64,000 nucleotides of DNA from assembly GCF_032062105.1 (NCBI RefSeq), contig NW_026938891.1, forward strand, positions 806,001-870,000. Reading direction: 5' to 3'. Positions 18,659-31,439 of the stretch are shown in pieces (position 1 is the first letter of the stretch; every line of letters begins with the position of its first letter). The notes under the pieces were generated by a model. That model saw nothing but the letters and a program-made list of their open reading frames with translations. It was not told the origin of the DNA and searched no databases. This stretch comes from Saccostrea cucullata. Its lineage: Eukaryota. The position numbers and the translations under genes are program-made.

Positions 18659-20411
18659 TGGTTTCATATTTATTGAGAAACAGCTGTTTGTGACGGAGTT
18701 TAATTCATCGTGGTGTATGGTTAATCAAAAAGTGTTAAGATTGAAAGTTGTACCTTTTGACGTTATTGTTTTGCTAAAATGAAAAATGTATTTAATAGAA
18801 GGTAAAATAGATAGAGATAACAATGTTGATATATTACATTTTACATTTTTTGAAAATAGGATCTTAATTAAAAAAAAAAAATTACATAATTTTATTATTG
18901 ACACACTTAACTTTTATATTATCTGAACCAAACTGACAAAAGTCACCTAGAATTATTGTTGATCCCAAATTCTGAGATCATATATGGTTTATGTAATTAA
19001 AGACGTAATAATAGTCACGAGGAAATCTTGACGTAACTTTCGATGGACAGATGCTCTGTTTTCATTGGTTCATTTCCTGGTCATTTTACTGGATCTGAAG
19101 GACATTACGTGACCTACCCCGGGGGTGACGGATGGATATATGTTGGGTTCCACACATACGAGTTCATAAAGTTTAGGTTGCGTACTGTCATGTACATTGT
19201 CACATCAATGAAGAGTTCTACATTAAGCTACTTCATGTCTTTAATTGAGGCAAAATTCTCTGATAATATAAATGAACTAGGCTTAGTACATGATACTATT
19301 TATGGTTTTCTGATGTAAAAAGGGACGTAGCCTTTCGCGTATTTCAAAAAGCAAAGCATGTAGATAAAACTTTTTGATGAAGCTCTTTTATGTAAGAGTA
19401 AAAGTTGATTAAAAACCTTTGCTAAATTACCAATTTTATTTGATTTACTGATTTAATTTTTTAAAGCATTTTTGATAGGAATCAGTTCAAGTACTAAAAA
19501 AATTTAAAGGAAACGTTTGTGAATATTAAAATCCGAAATTTTAATCATTTTATGAATAATTTATACTAATTTATCAGTTATTTGCATTTTATAGTATATT
19601 TCTTTAAATTTTTCCATATAAAAAGAATGAACCTTCTTCGAAAGCACAGAGAAAAAGAGGTCAAACACACTCCATATAAAGATATACAACACTGTGATTG
19701 TTACACTAGATTTGATAAAGCAGTATTAATGTTTTTTTCTGTTTGTGTCATGATTTTGTTAAACGTGTCATGCAATTTTTTTAAAACACGTTCTTAAAAC
19801 AGAGAGCATTCTTTTCAAAAAAAAAAAGAAAAAAAAAATTACAGGCTTGTATCATCCAAACGTTTAAAATTTTTGCTTGTTTTTGAAACACAATGCATGG
19901 TAAATGGTGAAATAATCTAGTTACGTTACGCCACCCTTCGAATATATAGATCTGCCTTGTTAAATTCGTATTGCTGTCCTTTAGTTTAGAGGACTATATG
20001 TTTTCATTCTGCATTTAGAAGTAAAATAAAATCGGATAAAGTATTGAAAAAAATCAATTGTAAAAACAGATCGCATTTTTTTTATTGGATACACATTACA
20101 ATAAATTATTCAATTAATATAAACAAGAAAATAAGAAATAAAAGTGACCTTCACTTTATTGGAAGAAACATATTGTTAACATCACGCAGGTACTTTGGTC
20201 GCCCATCCCTGAAATCAAAAGAAAAGACATTTATAAACCATTTTATATTTAAGTATGATAAGCAAGCTATATTTCTATAATAATATAAATATTCCATAAA
20301 CATTGTATCTGGAGGCAACGGAAAGTTAACTATCAACTGAAGGAGAAACAAATGCATTTTATAAACGACTTACCTTAAAATAAAATTGTATTTGAAGATC
20401 AAATGAATGTC

Positions 20412-21312
20412 TTAACCAGCAACAGCTCCGGTGGAGTTTGTAGCCAGTAAACTCAATGCCACGGTGAAGGCTTAAAGAAGATGGGAAAAAAAGTGAGTTT
20501 AGTTTTCCGATAAAGAAGTAACCTTTGTTTCAGTTCATGTACATGTAGTTTTATTCATTTAAACTCTAAACAAAAAGACGGAAATATATAAGAACGGGGT
20601 CTTTGGTAAGAACAAAAAAAATTAATCCAAAACAACTGAAGGTAATTTGTATATTCGTAATTCATTTACGCATTGACCAATTACGTTTTGTACAACTTTT
20701 GAACTGTTTAAACATTCAAATTAAACACTCACCAAGGTTAAGCAAGCCTCCCAGTCTAGTGTCGTAGGTAGCTTGTCTGATAGCCTGAACAGTCCTTAAA
20801 AGGTTTTGTGCTTCATTGGCTTGTGTATACTGTTGATTAATGGCGAGGGCGTACAGATAGCCGTCCTGCTGTGAGAAGGACTGTTGCTGAGCAGTATTGG
20901 CTGTTGGTCTGTACATATTGTACAATGGACGAGTCTGTGGCCTGATCACCATCACTCTTGAACCGCCGCCCTTATGATGCTGGCACTAGAATTTGGGAAA
21001 AGATACTCAGTAAAACATTTTAATTATCGCAAGCAATTTTGGATTTTCTTCGAATTCCATCATTTTATTCCAAAGAAACGTGTCTCAGAGAGATTTGAAT
21101 CAATTCAAATTTTGCAAATCAGATAATTTTTCCGAAACACAAGAAAATTACTTTATAATAAAGAAAATATCAAAATTGAAATTATTGAACACCGCAGAAA
21201 AAAAAATAAATCCAAAAAGTAAAAACTGATCCAAAATTAAAAGTTGCCTTACATGGACCAGGACAAAAACTGCCAACAGGGTCCCAACGATGAATAAAAT
21301 CGGTTTATTCAT
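20412..21312 (-). CDS. Secreted Gln/Tyr/Arg-rich protein B, 123 aa (exons 21312-21253, 20985-20733, 20470-20412), C-terminus ...LGGLLNL|AFTVALSLLATNSTGAVAG*
   Basis: Signal peptide MNKPILFIVGTLLAVFVLVH|C, canonical splice sites, 372-nt spliced frame, last exon homologous to that of gene A, 3'UTR donor gtaagt at 20373. Confidence 0.85.
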
Positions 21313-22489
21313 TGTGCTGGCGAATCCCCCTTTCGGTTGGTGCTAACAAATTGGAGATTGATGAACTATTGCTAGGGTAGTTTAAATACCGCCAAAAATC
21401 ACGTGATTTCCGTTTTCTTTGGCTTATGACCGTTTCAGGAGAGGGGCTTTGTAACTACGGGATAACAAGGACACGAGAGATAGATGGGATCTATGAATAT
21501 CCTACGATATTATTAAGTAACTGGTGGTAAATGCGTACGGTCGCTGTCGCTGTTTTGCATTCGCCTGGCTCTGTGGTACGGGAATCATATATCCCGTGTG
21601 AAAATTATGTAGTCCATTTCTGTCCAGCAACTCTGAACTAGGAAACGTTGCCACTAGAGCAAAACATCTGCATGTAATATTTATCATAAACAGTTACTGT
21701 GCTGACTAGTTCAAAGAAAAAAAAAAGACAGAAAGTTATAGAACATGGTTCTTAACATCATCCATCATTTTTTTCTTGAAAATTCTTTTACTACGGTACT
21801 AATTAATTTAGAAAGTCTTTTATTTTTGTCGACAAAGGAGAAGCTTCACAACAAAAAACTAGTGTATATCAGAGATTTTTTCCCCTTTAATTGTTTATTT
21901 ATTTATATTCTTTTGTTTCTATTTCTCTTTTCTACTCCCACTCTGCATTATACGAGATCTATCGGTATTTCTTTGCAAATAATGCAATACAGACGGCTAA
22001 AGTTGGAACAGGGTAGATATTTCTTAAACGCTACTTCGTGATACAAGATCTTTATGGATATTCAGTCTCTTTTTTTTTATACATGCAACTCACAATTGTA
22101 TTATCTTTTTTTTAAAACAAAGTCTTTGGTTAAATGTGAAAAATAGTTCACCAAAGAAGTTGTGATATTTCTTGAAATTACAAGAAGTAAGTTTTTCTTC
22201 TTGTTCTTCGACAACTTGCACTTCTATAGCTAAGTAAAAAGTGATTCTTATGAGACTATTGTGCAAAACTGACAGAGTTAGATTGATGCTAAGAGAAGTT
22301 ATTACCACAGCGATGTTCCCGTCCCTGCGTTCATCAGAAGCGGTTACAAAACCGATCACGATACGCTGCGGGGTCGTGCTTTCCAGCTACGCAACAACCC
22401 CGCTCATATATAAACCTAAGATATCCAGGTTCTGAGATCTCCATCAAAACGGGAAAGCAGGAGATTCGTTCGATCATTAAGCTTTGAAG

Positions 22490-23027
22490 ATGAATAGACA
22501 ATTTTTCTTCTTAGCCGGAGTCTGCCTGTTGGCTTTTGTGGCAGTGGAAGTGAGTGCCATGTACGGTATGGGTTATGGAATGGGTGGAATGGGTGGACTG
22601 GGGGGTTACGGTTACCCCTCCATGTACCCAGGCTTTGGGGGATTAGGAGCATACAGGGGAAACGCCCAGGAGAGAGCTAAATATCAAAGAAATTTGATGG
22701 CTTATAGACTGGCACTGAGAGACTGGCAAAGAAAAGCCTCAAGGACAATTGTCACACGAAATGCTCTCAATGATCTTGCAAGGGCTTCTACTTTCAACAA
22801 ATGGACTGCTTTGGGTATGGAATTGTATTTTTTCTGTCCTTTTTCTAAATTATTATTTTTGTAATTTTTTTTTAACTAAGGATAACATAAATAACTAACT
22901 AACCACTAGTTAATAAGAAATTTTAGAGATTCCAGAATAATATTACTTTCCCCTCTTTTTTTCAGTGCCTGGTATCCTTACATTATTGGCCTTCTCCAAT
23001 TCCACAGCTATTCCCCTCACCGGATAA
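22490..23027 (+). CDS. Secreted Gly/Tyr/Met/Arg-rich protein C, 128 aa (exons 22490-22814, 22966-23027), C-terminus ...FNKWTAL|VPGILTLLAFSNSTAIPLTG*
   Basis: TATATAAA at ~22407-22414, signal peptide ending EVSA, gtatgg donor, polypyrimidine ttcag acceptor, 387-nt spliced frame. Confidence 0.88.
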
Positions 23028-26000
23028 AGTTTCTAATACAGCGATTCTATTAACACTTGGTAAATAAATCCCTACATTATATTTAAGCAACAGATACTAG
23101 TATCAGAATTATATTGATTATTTAAAGTGGGGTACTCGTGTATCGCAATTATTTCAAGACTACTTAACTTATTTCAACATATCGAAGACTATGTGATAAT
23201 TTCTTTATTCATTACGCTAAATATATTAAAAAGGAAATAATTATTAAAATGATAAATTCCTTGTTGTTATGTATATATTCTTTAAAGGTTCATAGACAAA
23301 CATGAGTTATTTATTTGTATATTGTGTATCTTTTAAGGGGCGGTGACGATGCGATGCGCGGTATGCAGAAACATTATTTTTGTGTCATTTTATTTGAATA
23401 AACACTTCTTATATTGTACTTATTGTGAAGTTGTAACGAGGCATTATACCCATATAGCTACAAAACACTCTTCAACAGAAGATAATCAAGGCAATTTTAG
23501 TATTTTAAGAGGGGGGGGGGGACTCTACGACTATTCTGTTTTATTTTTAATAGACATGTATCCGAGTTACTGTAAAAGACAACATTTTATATTATATATT
23601 TTTCAAAAAAAACAACAACATTCGAATCCAGGTTATTCTTAAAAGGGCATTTGTTTGGACAGAGAACGTGGAGAATTTTTTCATTGACTTTAGTCCAGCT
23701 TGTTAAAAAAAAGGGGGAAAAAGGAGAAATGATAGAGCGAATAATGAAATACAGAAAATTCTCTGTTATTGTTAGGAGATGAATTAACAGTGATTTGCAC
23801 AGTATTAAAAGGATAAACTTTATATTTTGATGGATTTAAAATTTAAAACATTTCAGAGGTAAGGAACGAAAGATTCATAGTGATAGGGAATTAAAAGGAT
23901 GTCCAGGGCAAAAAGTTGAAGCAGACAGTTAATTCAATTCAGCCCGAAACAAGCGGTCGAAGTTCGGGCACAAAACCCCGAATGAGATTATGTGACAATG
24001 GTCTGAGATCCGTAGAGACATCAGTCTCTACGGGTCTCGCTAAGACTAATGGTAGTGACGTAGATACTCAGTATTAAAAATGTCAACGATTTTTAAAAAA
24101 AAAATCATATTTTATGAAGAACCTTTATTATGTATGATAAAAAGCTCTTAGAAGATTGAGTTGATGCATGATTTGCTGTATAACACAGAATCGTTAGAAT
24201 TTCAATCATATTGTTATTGAATAACAACAATATGAAATCTTTAAATTGAACCCGAGGTTGGTACTGGATCACTTTATATCCGCGTTATATACTGCAGAAC
24301 AGAAAGAAATAGTTACTTTATAAAAATCATAATTTGATTATGCCGTCGACCTAGATTGAGATATCGATACAATGTATATTTTATGGCATTATATTTGTCT
24401 CATTGGACGAAAAAGCTGTATACTTTTTTTCTAGAGCTCTCTCTAGCTTATTTGTCAAATTTAACAATTAATGCATTGTTTTTGTTAGAAAAAAGTATAC
24501 TCTATGTTTTATCATTTACATTAAAGTAATAAATATAACTGATTACATGTACATGCATGTATATACATAATATATTAAGGATGTCTTTATAATGAAATCG
24601 TTAATTAAAATATTGTGTAGTAATTTTTTTTTCAACGGGTAATATTTGAAGCTAAAAATTTTGTTCATTCATCTTGCACTAAATTCTATATCGTTTGAAA
24701 TTTTACGATTTTTTTTCTATTTGCAAATGACTTTTTAGCAGAAATTAACCGTTACAGTGTTTGTTTTTTTTACGTCCCAGTCGAGAATTTTCCAATAAAA
24801 TTGACGCGCCACCACCTGCCGGTTAAAGGATGCATATTTAGATATTTACCCGCTTATCAGAAAAAAATAAGGGTCATGTAGTAGAGAAGCATCTTCGAAA
24901 TAACTTTTTGTACGCGAGCTACGACGACACGGAACCTCGGGTAATGTCTCATCTGATGAACCGGTCTCTATTTCCTATGAAATTGGATACCGTGACGTCA
25001 GGATCAACCCTTTACTCTGTGACACTCTCGATAAACAAACGCTAGATTACCATTACACGTCACGCTGGCGACCGCCACACGGTTTGGTTTATTCCGAGGA
25101 AATGACTTCAGATAATACTGACTACATCCGACAAATACACTGAAAACATTTAACTGGCTTCCTTTTCAACTGTTGAATAATTGTACCGATTCCTGTAAAT
25201 ATAAGAAAAATTCAAAAATCATGGAAAAGAATGCATGAACAAAAAAAAAAAGACTTTCATATGTAATTGTTTTCTAATAATTCTGAAAAATAGTTTAATT
25301 CGCTTTGGATGAGAGATTGAATTCTGGAGACACCTATTTTATTGGTCAGTGTCGCATGTTGAGTGATCTGCAACGATAAATTCAGAACATAGAATTAAAA
25401 TTAAGGAAATATCCAACTGTTTTTTTTTTATAGATATATAAATATTTCAACTGATGATTAAAGGAACATCAAATGATTTTAAAATACCCCGGTATAGACC
25501 TTACATTGAGCCTTTTCTAATTTTGCAAAATGCTTAATCAGAATGTCCTTTATTAGTGGATACTATGCAGACAAATGGCTACTATACAGGAAATATACCT
25601 CTAGCTAAGACCCTGGAGTTAAAATAGAACAGACAAGTTATAGTCATTTTATTTTTCAACCTTACTAGATTCTGTTAAATATTGCCGTTTAAAAAATATT
25701 TCCTTTTAATTAACGATTTTATTCCTTTCAAAGAGTTTCACTCTATGTTGTGATAATGTTGTCCCTATTTTTCTTGTTTAAAAAATGTCGATCAGGGATT
25801 AATAATCAAAATTTTCCATCAGTGGAAAAAATATTCGTACACTAGCAAAAGATAAAATTCAAATGTTAAAATTAAAAAAAAAAAACGACCATAGAAATTG
25901 CTAATTGCGCAAGAAATGAAAAAAGAGGAATTCGTTAAGTATTTATTTTTAGATATTTAGAATATTAAAGAAAAAATTTTTAAAAGAGAGCAAGGAACGG

Positions 26001-26307
26001 GAAAATTATTGACCGTCAAAATGATAAAGAAATTAAGAATTGTAAATAAATAAAAATTACAAATACTTACCCACCACATGAAATATGAAAATTAAAATTA
26101 TTTAGCATATATCTAGTATTAAAAAAAACTTTTTAAAAGAACCTTCCTTTGCTTTAACAAAAGATTTCGCTTTGGAAATCTATAAGGAAGTGTTCTTTTA
26201 ATACACATATGTATGAAATGCCCTACAGAAAAATTCAGTATTACTAGTTATGAGAGAGAAACCTTCCCTACATCGGATTACGACACACGGACTACCTTTA
26301 TTTCACA

Positions 26308-26393
26308 CAGACAACTTTAACACACCCGCCAAGCAGATACGTAACATGCAAAAATGCTCCTCACGTAACAGACCAAAAGACTTGGTATATATA
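26308..26393 (+). promoter_or_regulatory. Proximal promoter of gene D: CAGACA, CACCCG, ACGTAA x2, TATA
   Basis: Same motifs with identical spacing upstream of gene E (31279-31365). Confidence 0.65.
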
Positions 26394-26478
26394 GCCCGGT
26401 CAATCAATAAGTCCACAATCCTCTCTCTTCATTTGAGTATTCCACTAGTTGGGGATTCGCTTTCGTCAAACCAGCACC

Positions 26479-26961
26479 ATGAACAAGTCCGTCATCTTGA
26501 TGATCCTGCCATGTGTGATCGCTCTGGCCGTCGTTGCTGTTGAGGGTATGTACTACTACCCTGCAGCCCAGACCTCAGTTGTCGGGGGAGTCGGAAACAC
26601 CGCTGCCAGACAGGCCTACCAACAAAGATACCTCCAGGAATGGTTCCAGACCCGCCAACAGAGAAACCAGCTGAACAAACTCGCTAAACAATCCACCTTC
26701 TCAACCTTCGTCAACTACAGTAAGTTTTAGTACTGGATATTTATTTCATATCAATTATATTAAGATTTGTGATTTACGCCTGAAGATGAAAGAAGATGAA
26801 TAATCATACTAATAAATAAATAAAAGAGTTTTTCTTGCCAGTTTTAAGACAGAGTGTCTTTGTTGTAATTGTTTCTAATGAATAAATCTTTTCTTTTAGT
26901 TCCTCTGGTTCTTCTGTTGACCACCCTGACCAACAACACCGCTCTCCCCATCATCGGTTAA
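26479..26961 (+). CDS. Secreted Tyr/Gln/Arg-rich protein D, 100 aa (exons 26479-26719, 26900-26961), C-terminus ...STFVNY|IPLVLLLTTLTNNTALPIIG*
   Basis: TATA box, signal peptide ending AVEG, gtaagt and tttag sites, 303-nt frame, 3'UTR intron 27007-27178, AATAAA at ~27229. Confidence 0.9.
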
Positions 26962-27889
26962 TCATCTGATGAACTGTGGAGAAAGAGAGGCGTAATACAC
27001 TAACAGGTGCGTGATTTAAATGAAAAATAGTTCTTGCTTAACTTACCCAGACCTTGCAATTGTCTTAAATTTCGCAGTTTACAACGAAATTGCTTACTGA
27101 TATGTTAACAAATTAGGGAAGAATCCCTGAAAAAGGCATTGAATATCGTTATGAAAAACTTTTCTTTTATTTCAACAGGGGAAGGCGACCAGATCAGAAG
27201 GGATGTGCTGTTAAATGACTGTTGAATTAATAAAAATATAAAACTTACTTTATCTTAAGCTTTTGTCTTAAAAAAGGTTGAATATTGAGAGGAAAGTGAC
27301 ATTTTACATTATGAATGGTATGATTTTATATTATATGCATTTTACTAATTTATTGAAATGCAGGTAAATTCAATTTGTTTGACATGGAGAAAGCAGATAT
27401 AAAGTAACCCAGTATAGATATAAACCCATAATAAAAAGGGACAATCCTTCAACTTATTATGAATTGCTTTGCATTGCGAGTTTTTGTCTGAGAGACTGTA
27501 AAATGCACAAAAATTTAAAAGATTTATAACCGGTCTGAAATGAAAATGATAGGAACATTCCGTAATCAAGTACAAAAAGCATAGACTTTACAATTTTACA
27601 TAAAACAAGTCAACCAAAATACGACACAGTGATAAGTTTTACTGAGTATTTGCTAATAAGGTCATTATAACGACTACAGAATTTACGAAATGTAGACTTT
27701 AAATGAGGCTGTTGGTATCTTTGCATTTTCAACTTTTGTTTGAGTAACCTGTTTCGGTTTGAAAATTGCTCTTGAATAGTGAATACGTTGGGAGACAAAA
27801 ATATTGCCCTCTTTTGTGTGTCGGGCAATATTTCACCCCTTAGAGGCTATAATAATCATTGTTGCCATCAATCATGTAATATTTGAATA

Positions 27890-28955
27890 TTTGCTGACAA
27901 AGCAGGTACTAACATTGTCTTCGTTTGTAAGGCTCATTATAAAAATATTATTTTAGAAAAACTTTAATTCTACAAGTGGTAATCCAACTTATACTCTTCG
28001 TTTCCTTTTTAAGGAAGAATTTCTTCAAAGTTACATGTCAGTTTTGAATATTTTTATAATCCCAAAGAACCAAATTGAATTTAAACTACCATATCTATAT
28101 TGGATTCCGAAACTTAATAAAAAGCCTTACAAACAAAGGTACATAGCGGGTTCCAGTAAATGTTCATCCAAGCCTTTTTCACTAAGATATTAACTAAAGT
28201 GAAGGAGAAACTTCAAGAGTACTGTACAACAACAACATATTCAAGATGTGGTGTAAACCAGACGTGGATACTTAGAAATTCTAAAGAACTTATGGATAAT
28301 TTGAAATCACAGTATTTTACCAAAAATCAACGGCTTAAAAACTTACGACTTCTCAACTCTATTCCACACTATAAATCAAAATCCAGGTTTTTGATGTCAT
28401 TGACAGCTGCTTTTTCAATAAAAATGGATTTCGTAAATCTAATTACCTTTTTTAAATATTGTCATTGGTCATTTGCAAAATTATTTTATTAAAAAAACAT
28501 TCTTATTGTACACACAAGTACTCTGAAGTTGACATGAAATAGATGCTTGATTTTCTGATTGACAATATCTATGTCGTTTTTGGAGACCAGGTCTTCTATC
28601 AATCTTTTGGAATTTCTATGGGTACCAATTGCACCCCATTATAAGCAGACCTATTTTTGTATTCATATGAAAAAGAAATTTTCCAAAACATTAAAAGAAG
28701 AAATCACTTACTGTGGCCTTCAACTCGACATTTAGATATCTCGACGACGTATTGTCAATTAACAATTGAAACTTTCATTCATATGCCAATACGATATATC
28801 CCAATGAGCTTGAGATAAATGATAAAACAGAGTTTGACACATCTGTTTCATATTTGGATATTTTACTTCGAAAAGACGTTAATGGTTATCTAACAATCAA
28901 GCTCTATGATAAACATGATGACTTTAACTTTACAATCGTCAACTTTCCTTAATTC
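27890..28955 (+). mobile_element. Degraded Penelope-like element reverse transcriptase
   Basis: Remnant motifs LPYLYWIPKL, GISMGTNCTP..ADLFLYSYE, TFRYLDDVLSINN, KLYDKHDDFNFTIVNFP, with stops and frameshifts. Confidence 0.8.
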
Positions 28956-29959
28956 AAAATGGCAGTATCTGTCATGGCTTTATTTTGTTTAAGATAGGTT
29001 ATTACATAATAAATCAATGGTATCAAAACAATGGACAATGATCAAGTATTATTTCAATGTTCAATTGAAGGCCTACGGTTTGCAGAAACGGAGCCATATG
29101 GTGCTGACAACCCTGGAGGGTAAACAGAAAGTGGCTTTTATATAATTTTCTGCTAAAGCCATGACGTATACGATGTTGCACTGGAATAGAAATGATAGCA
29201 GAAACACAAGAAAACTAATAAGAATTGAATGCACAATATTTATGGCCTAACATGGAATGATAAAAAGATATATGTATGCATATCCGCGCCGTAACTGAAT
29301 AGGGTGATGTATATATGTAAGCAGTTTTTATGGATGACTGGTATATGTCAAAATTTTTAACCAAAAGAAAAAACTGTGTGACTTTTGAAATTATTTTGAT
29401 AAACAAACAAAATTTTCGTCATATGTTCGTATTAAAATGTTACATATACAATTGTCAATTAACAATCAAATAAGTTAAACAGACCTGCAAAGATATATAA
29501 AAATTTCAAAAATTTTGACAAAAATTCCTCCTCCTGTCAAAATTTTTATATAATTTTCTGCTCCATAGTATACCATAGAAATATAAAAACAAATTAACTA
29601 ATAAAGAAGTACAATTATAATGGCCATTGGAATTCAAACAATATTCATATACATTGTAGAATGAAGACTTAGTCCAAATTTTTGATCAATATGACTTTTG
29701 AAATTATTTTGATAAACAAACATATGTTTGATTTAAAATGTTACATATACAATTTTTTTCAAATAAGCTTTAACAAAGTGATGTTATCAAAATTTTGCAA
29801 AATTAGAGATTTGTTCAATGATTAATAAACATTTTAGTCAAAATATTCATATAGTACTAGAATTTTGATTAAATCAAGACGACAAAAATTAAACTATTTT
29901 TTTTTTTAAATATTGCTTTAACAAAGTGTTGTTATCTGCAAAATTAGAGATTTGTTATG

Positions 29960-29961
<2 letters not shown>

Positions 29962-30042
<81 letters not shown>
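29962..30042. repeat. (TA)n microsatellite, ~40 units
   Basis: Direct reading. Confidence 0.97.
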
Positions 30043-30047
<5 letters not shown>

Positions 30048-31278
30048 AATATCAACTTAAGAGTACTTGTATTTAGAATCAAAATGATTTTAAACAAAAT
30101 AATATTGTAGATCACTTAACACAATACATGTACGATATATAGGTATATAAAAATTTAATGAATACTTTTTAGGGAGGTAAAACCAAGTCTTTTGTATTTT
30201 GAAGAATCCTTTTATAAAGCGTAGAGAAATTAATCCTAATTTGATTTACACCTCTCCTTGACATTGTTGTAGCATAATATTTTTTAAAATAAATATTACC
30301 AGTATATAACCTCACATAAATATTGAAACCCTAAAAAGAAATATTCTTGATATAATGTATTTGATATATAAAGTATTTTATTTAAAATCTTTTATAAGGT
30401 TCATTTTTTTTTCAACGCACTAAAACACATTGGACAGTAAATGCTACGACCATTTAATGAAAAAGACATAAAAAAATTAAAATCTCCAAACCAAGAAAAT
30501 TTTATTTAAACTAAATTCAAAAGATTATAAGACTAAAAGATCAGAGAGTGTTCTTTGATATCGTTCATATGTTTCCCTTTTATTATTTGTTACTTAGATA
30601 ATCGAAACAAAAGATTTAAGGAAACAAAAAATAATTCAATATTGAACTTTGGATATTACTTTTTTAAATTTATACATAAAGAGAATTTAATTCATAATTC
30701 GAGATTTTAAGATAAACATAAAATCATCACCAATACCATGAAAATATTTGTAATATATGTATGATTATATTTTGATGTTTATCTTTTCTTGTCGTTTGTT
30801 AAATTGCAATACTAGTAAATTGGCAATTTTATTTTTGCCTTGCGGCTTTGAAATGTAAGAGATAAATATAGTAATTCATATCACTAATTATGAAAGCCAT
30901 TAAGCATTTCCATATTAGTACATGATTTTTATTTTCATATGCACAGTTCATTGTTGTACGCGTAAATTTTATATTTGGTGTTATTACGTAAAAAAAACTT
31001 TAAAAAAGCTTTGAAACATATTCACAATGGCTAGCCTTAAATATATATAACCTTTCTGAGATTTTCTTATATAGTTATTGTACATAAGGGATATATCTTT
31101 TACATCACGCTATATGATTAAACTCAGGGTTCACTGTATAAAACAAGTTTGATGATAACTGAAACTCAGTTATCTATATATCTCTTTGATACATTTTCAA
31201 TTTGTAAAATCTGAAGTAAATCTGCAATGTTAGGGATTGTGGATACCTGTGTTATTAACTTCCTTTAACGAAGAAATC

Positions 31279-31365
31279 CAGACAGAATTATAACACCCGT
31301 GAACATATGACGTAATTTGTGCAATCGCACTTCACGTAAGTGGCTGATCCATTGGGTATATATAT
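31279..31365 (+). promoter_or_regulatory. Proximal promoter of gene E: CAGACA, CACCCG, ACGTAA x2, TATA
   Basis: Same motifs and spacing as 26308-26393. Confidence 0.65.
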
Positions 31366-31439
31366 CCCCGACAACATGTACGCTAGTAATCTCCTTTCTA
31401 CACTGTGGGATTCGCTATCAGCTCGCACCAAACAGCAAC

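Noticed and set aside
22490-23027. Naming gene C a shematrin, prisilkin or KRMP shell protein
   Set aside because: Only compositional Gly/Tyr similarity; it lacks the RKKKY-type tail and the Lys/Cys-rich domain, and has a different hydrophobic C-terminus.
29918-30115. ORF with (YI)n repeat
   Set aside because: Translation of the (TA)n microsatellite.
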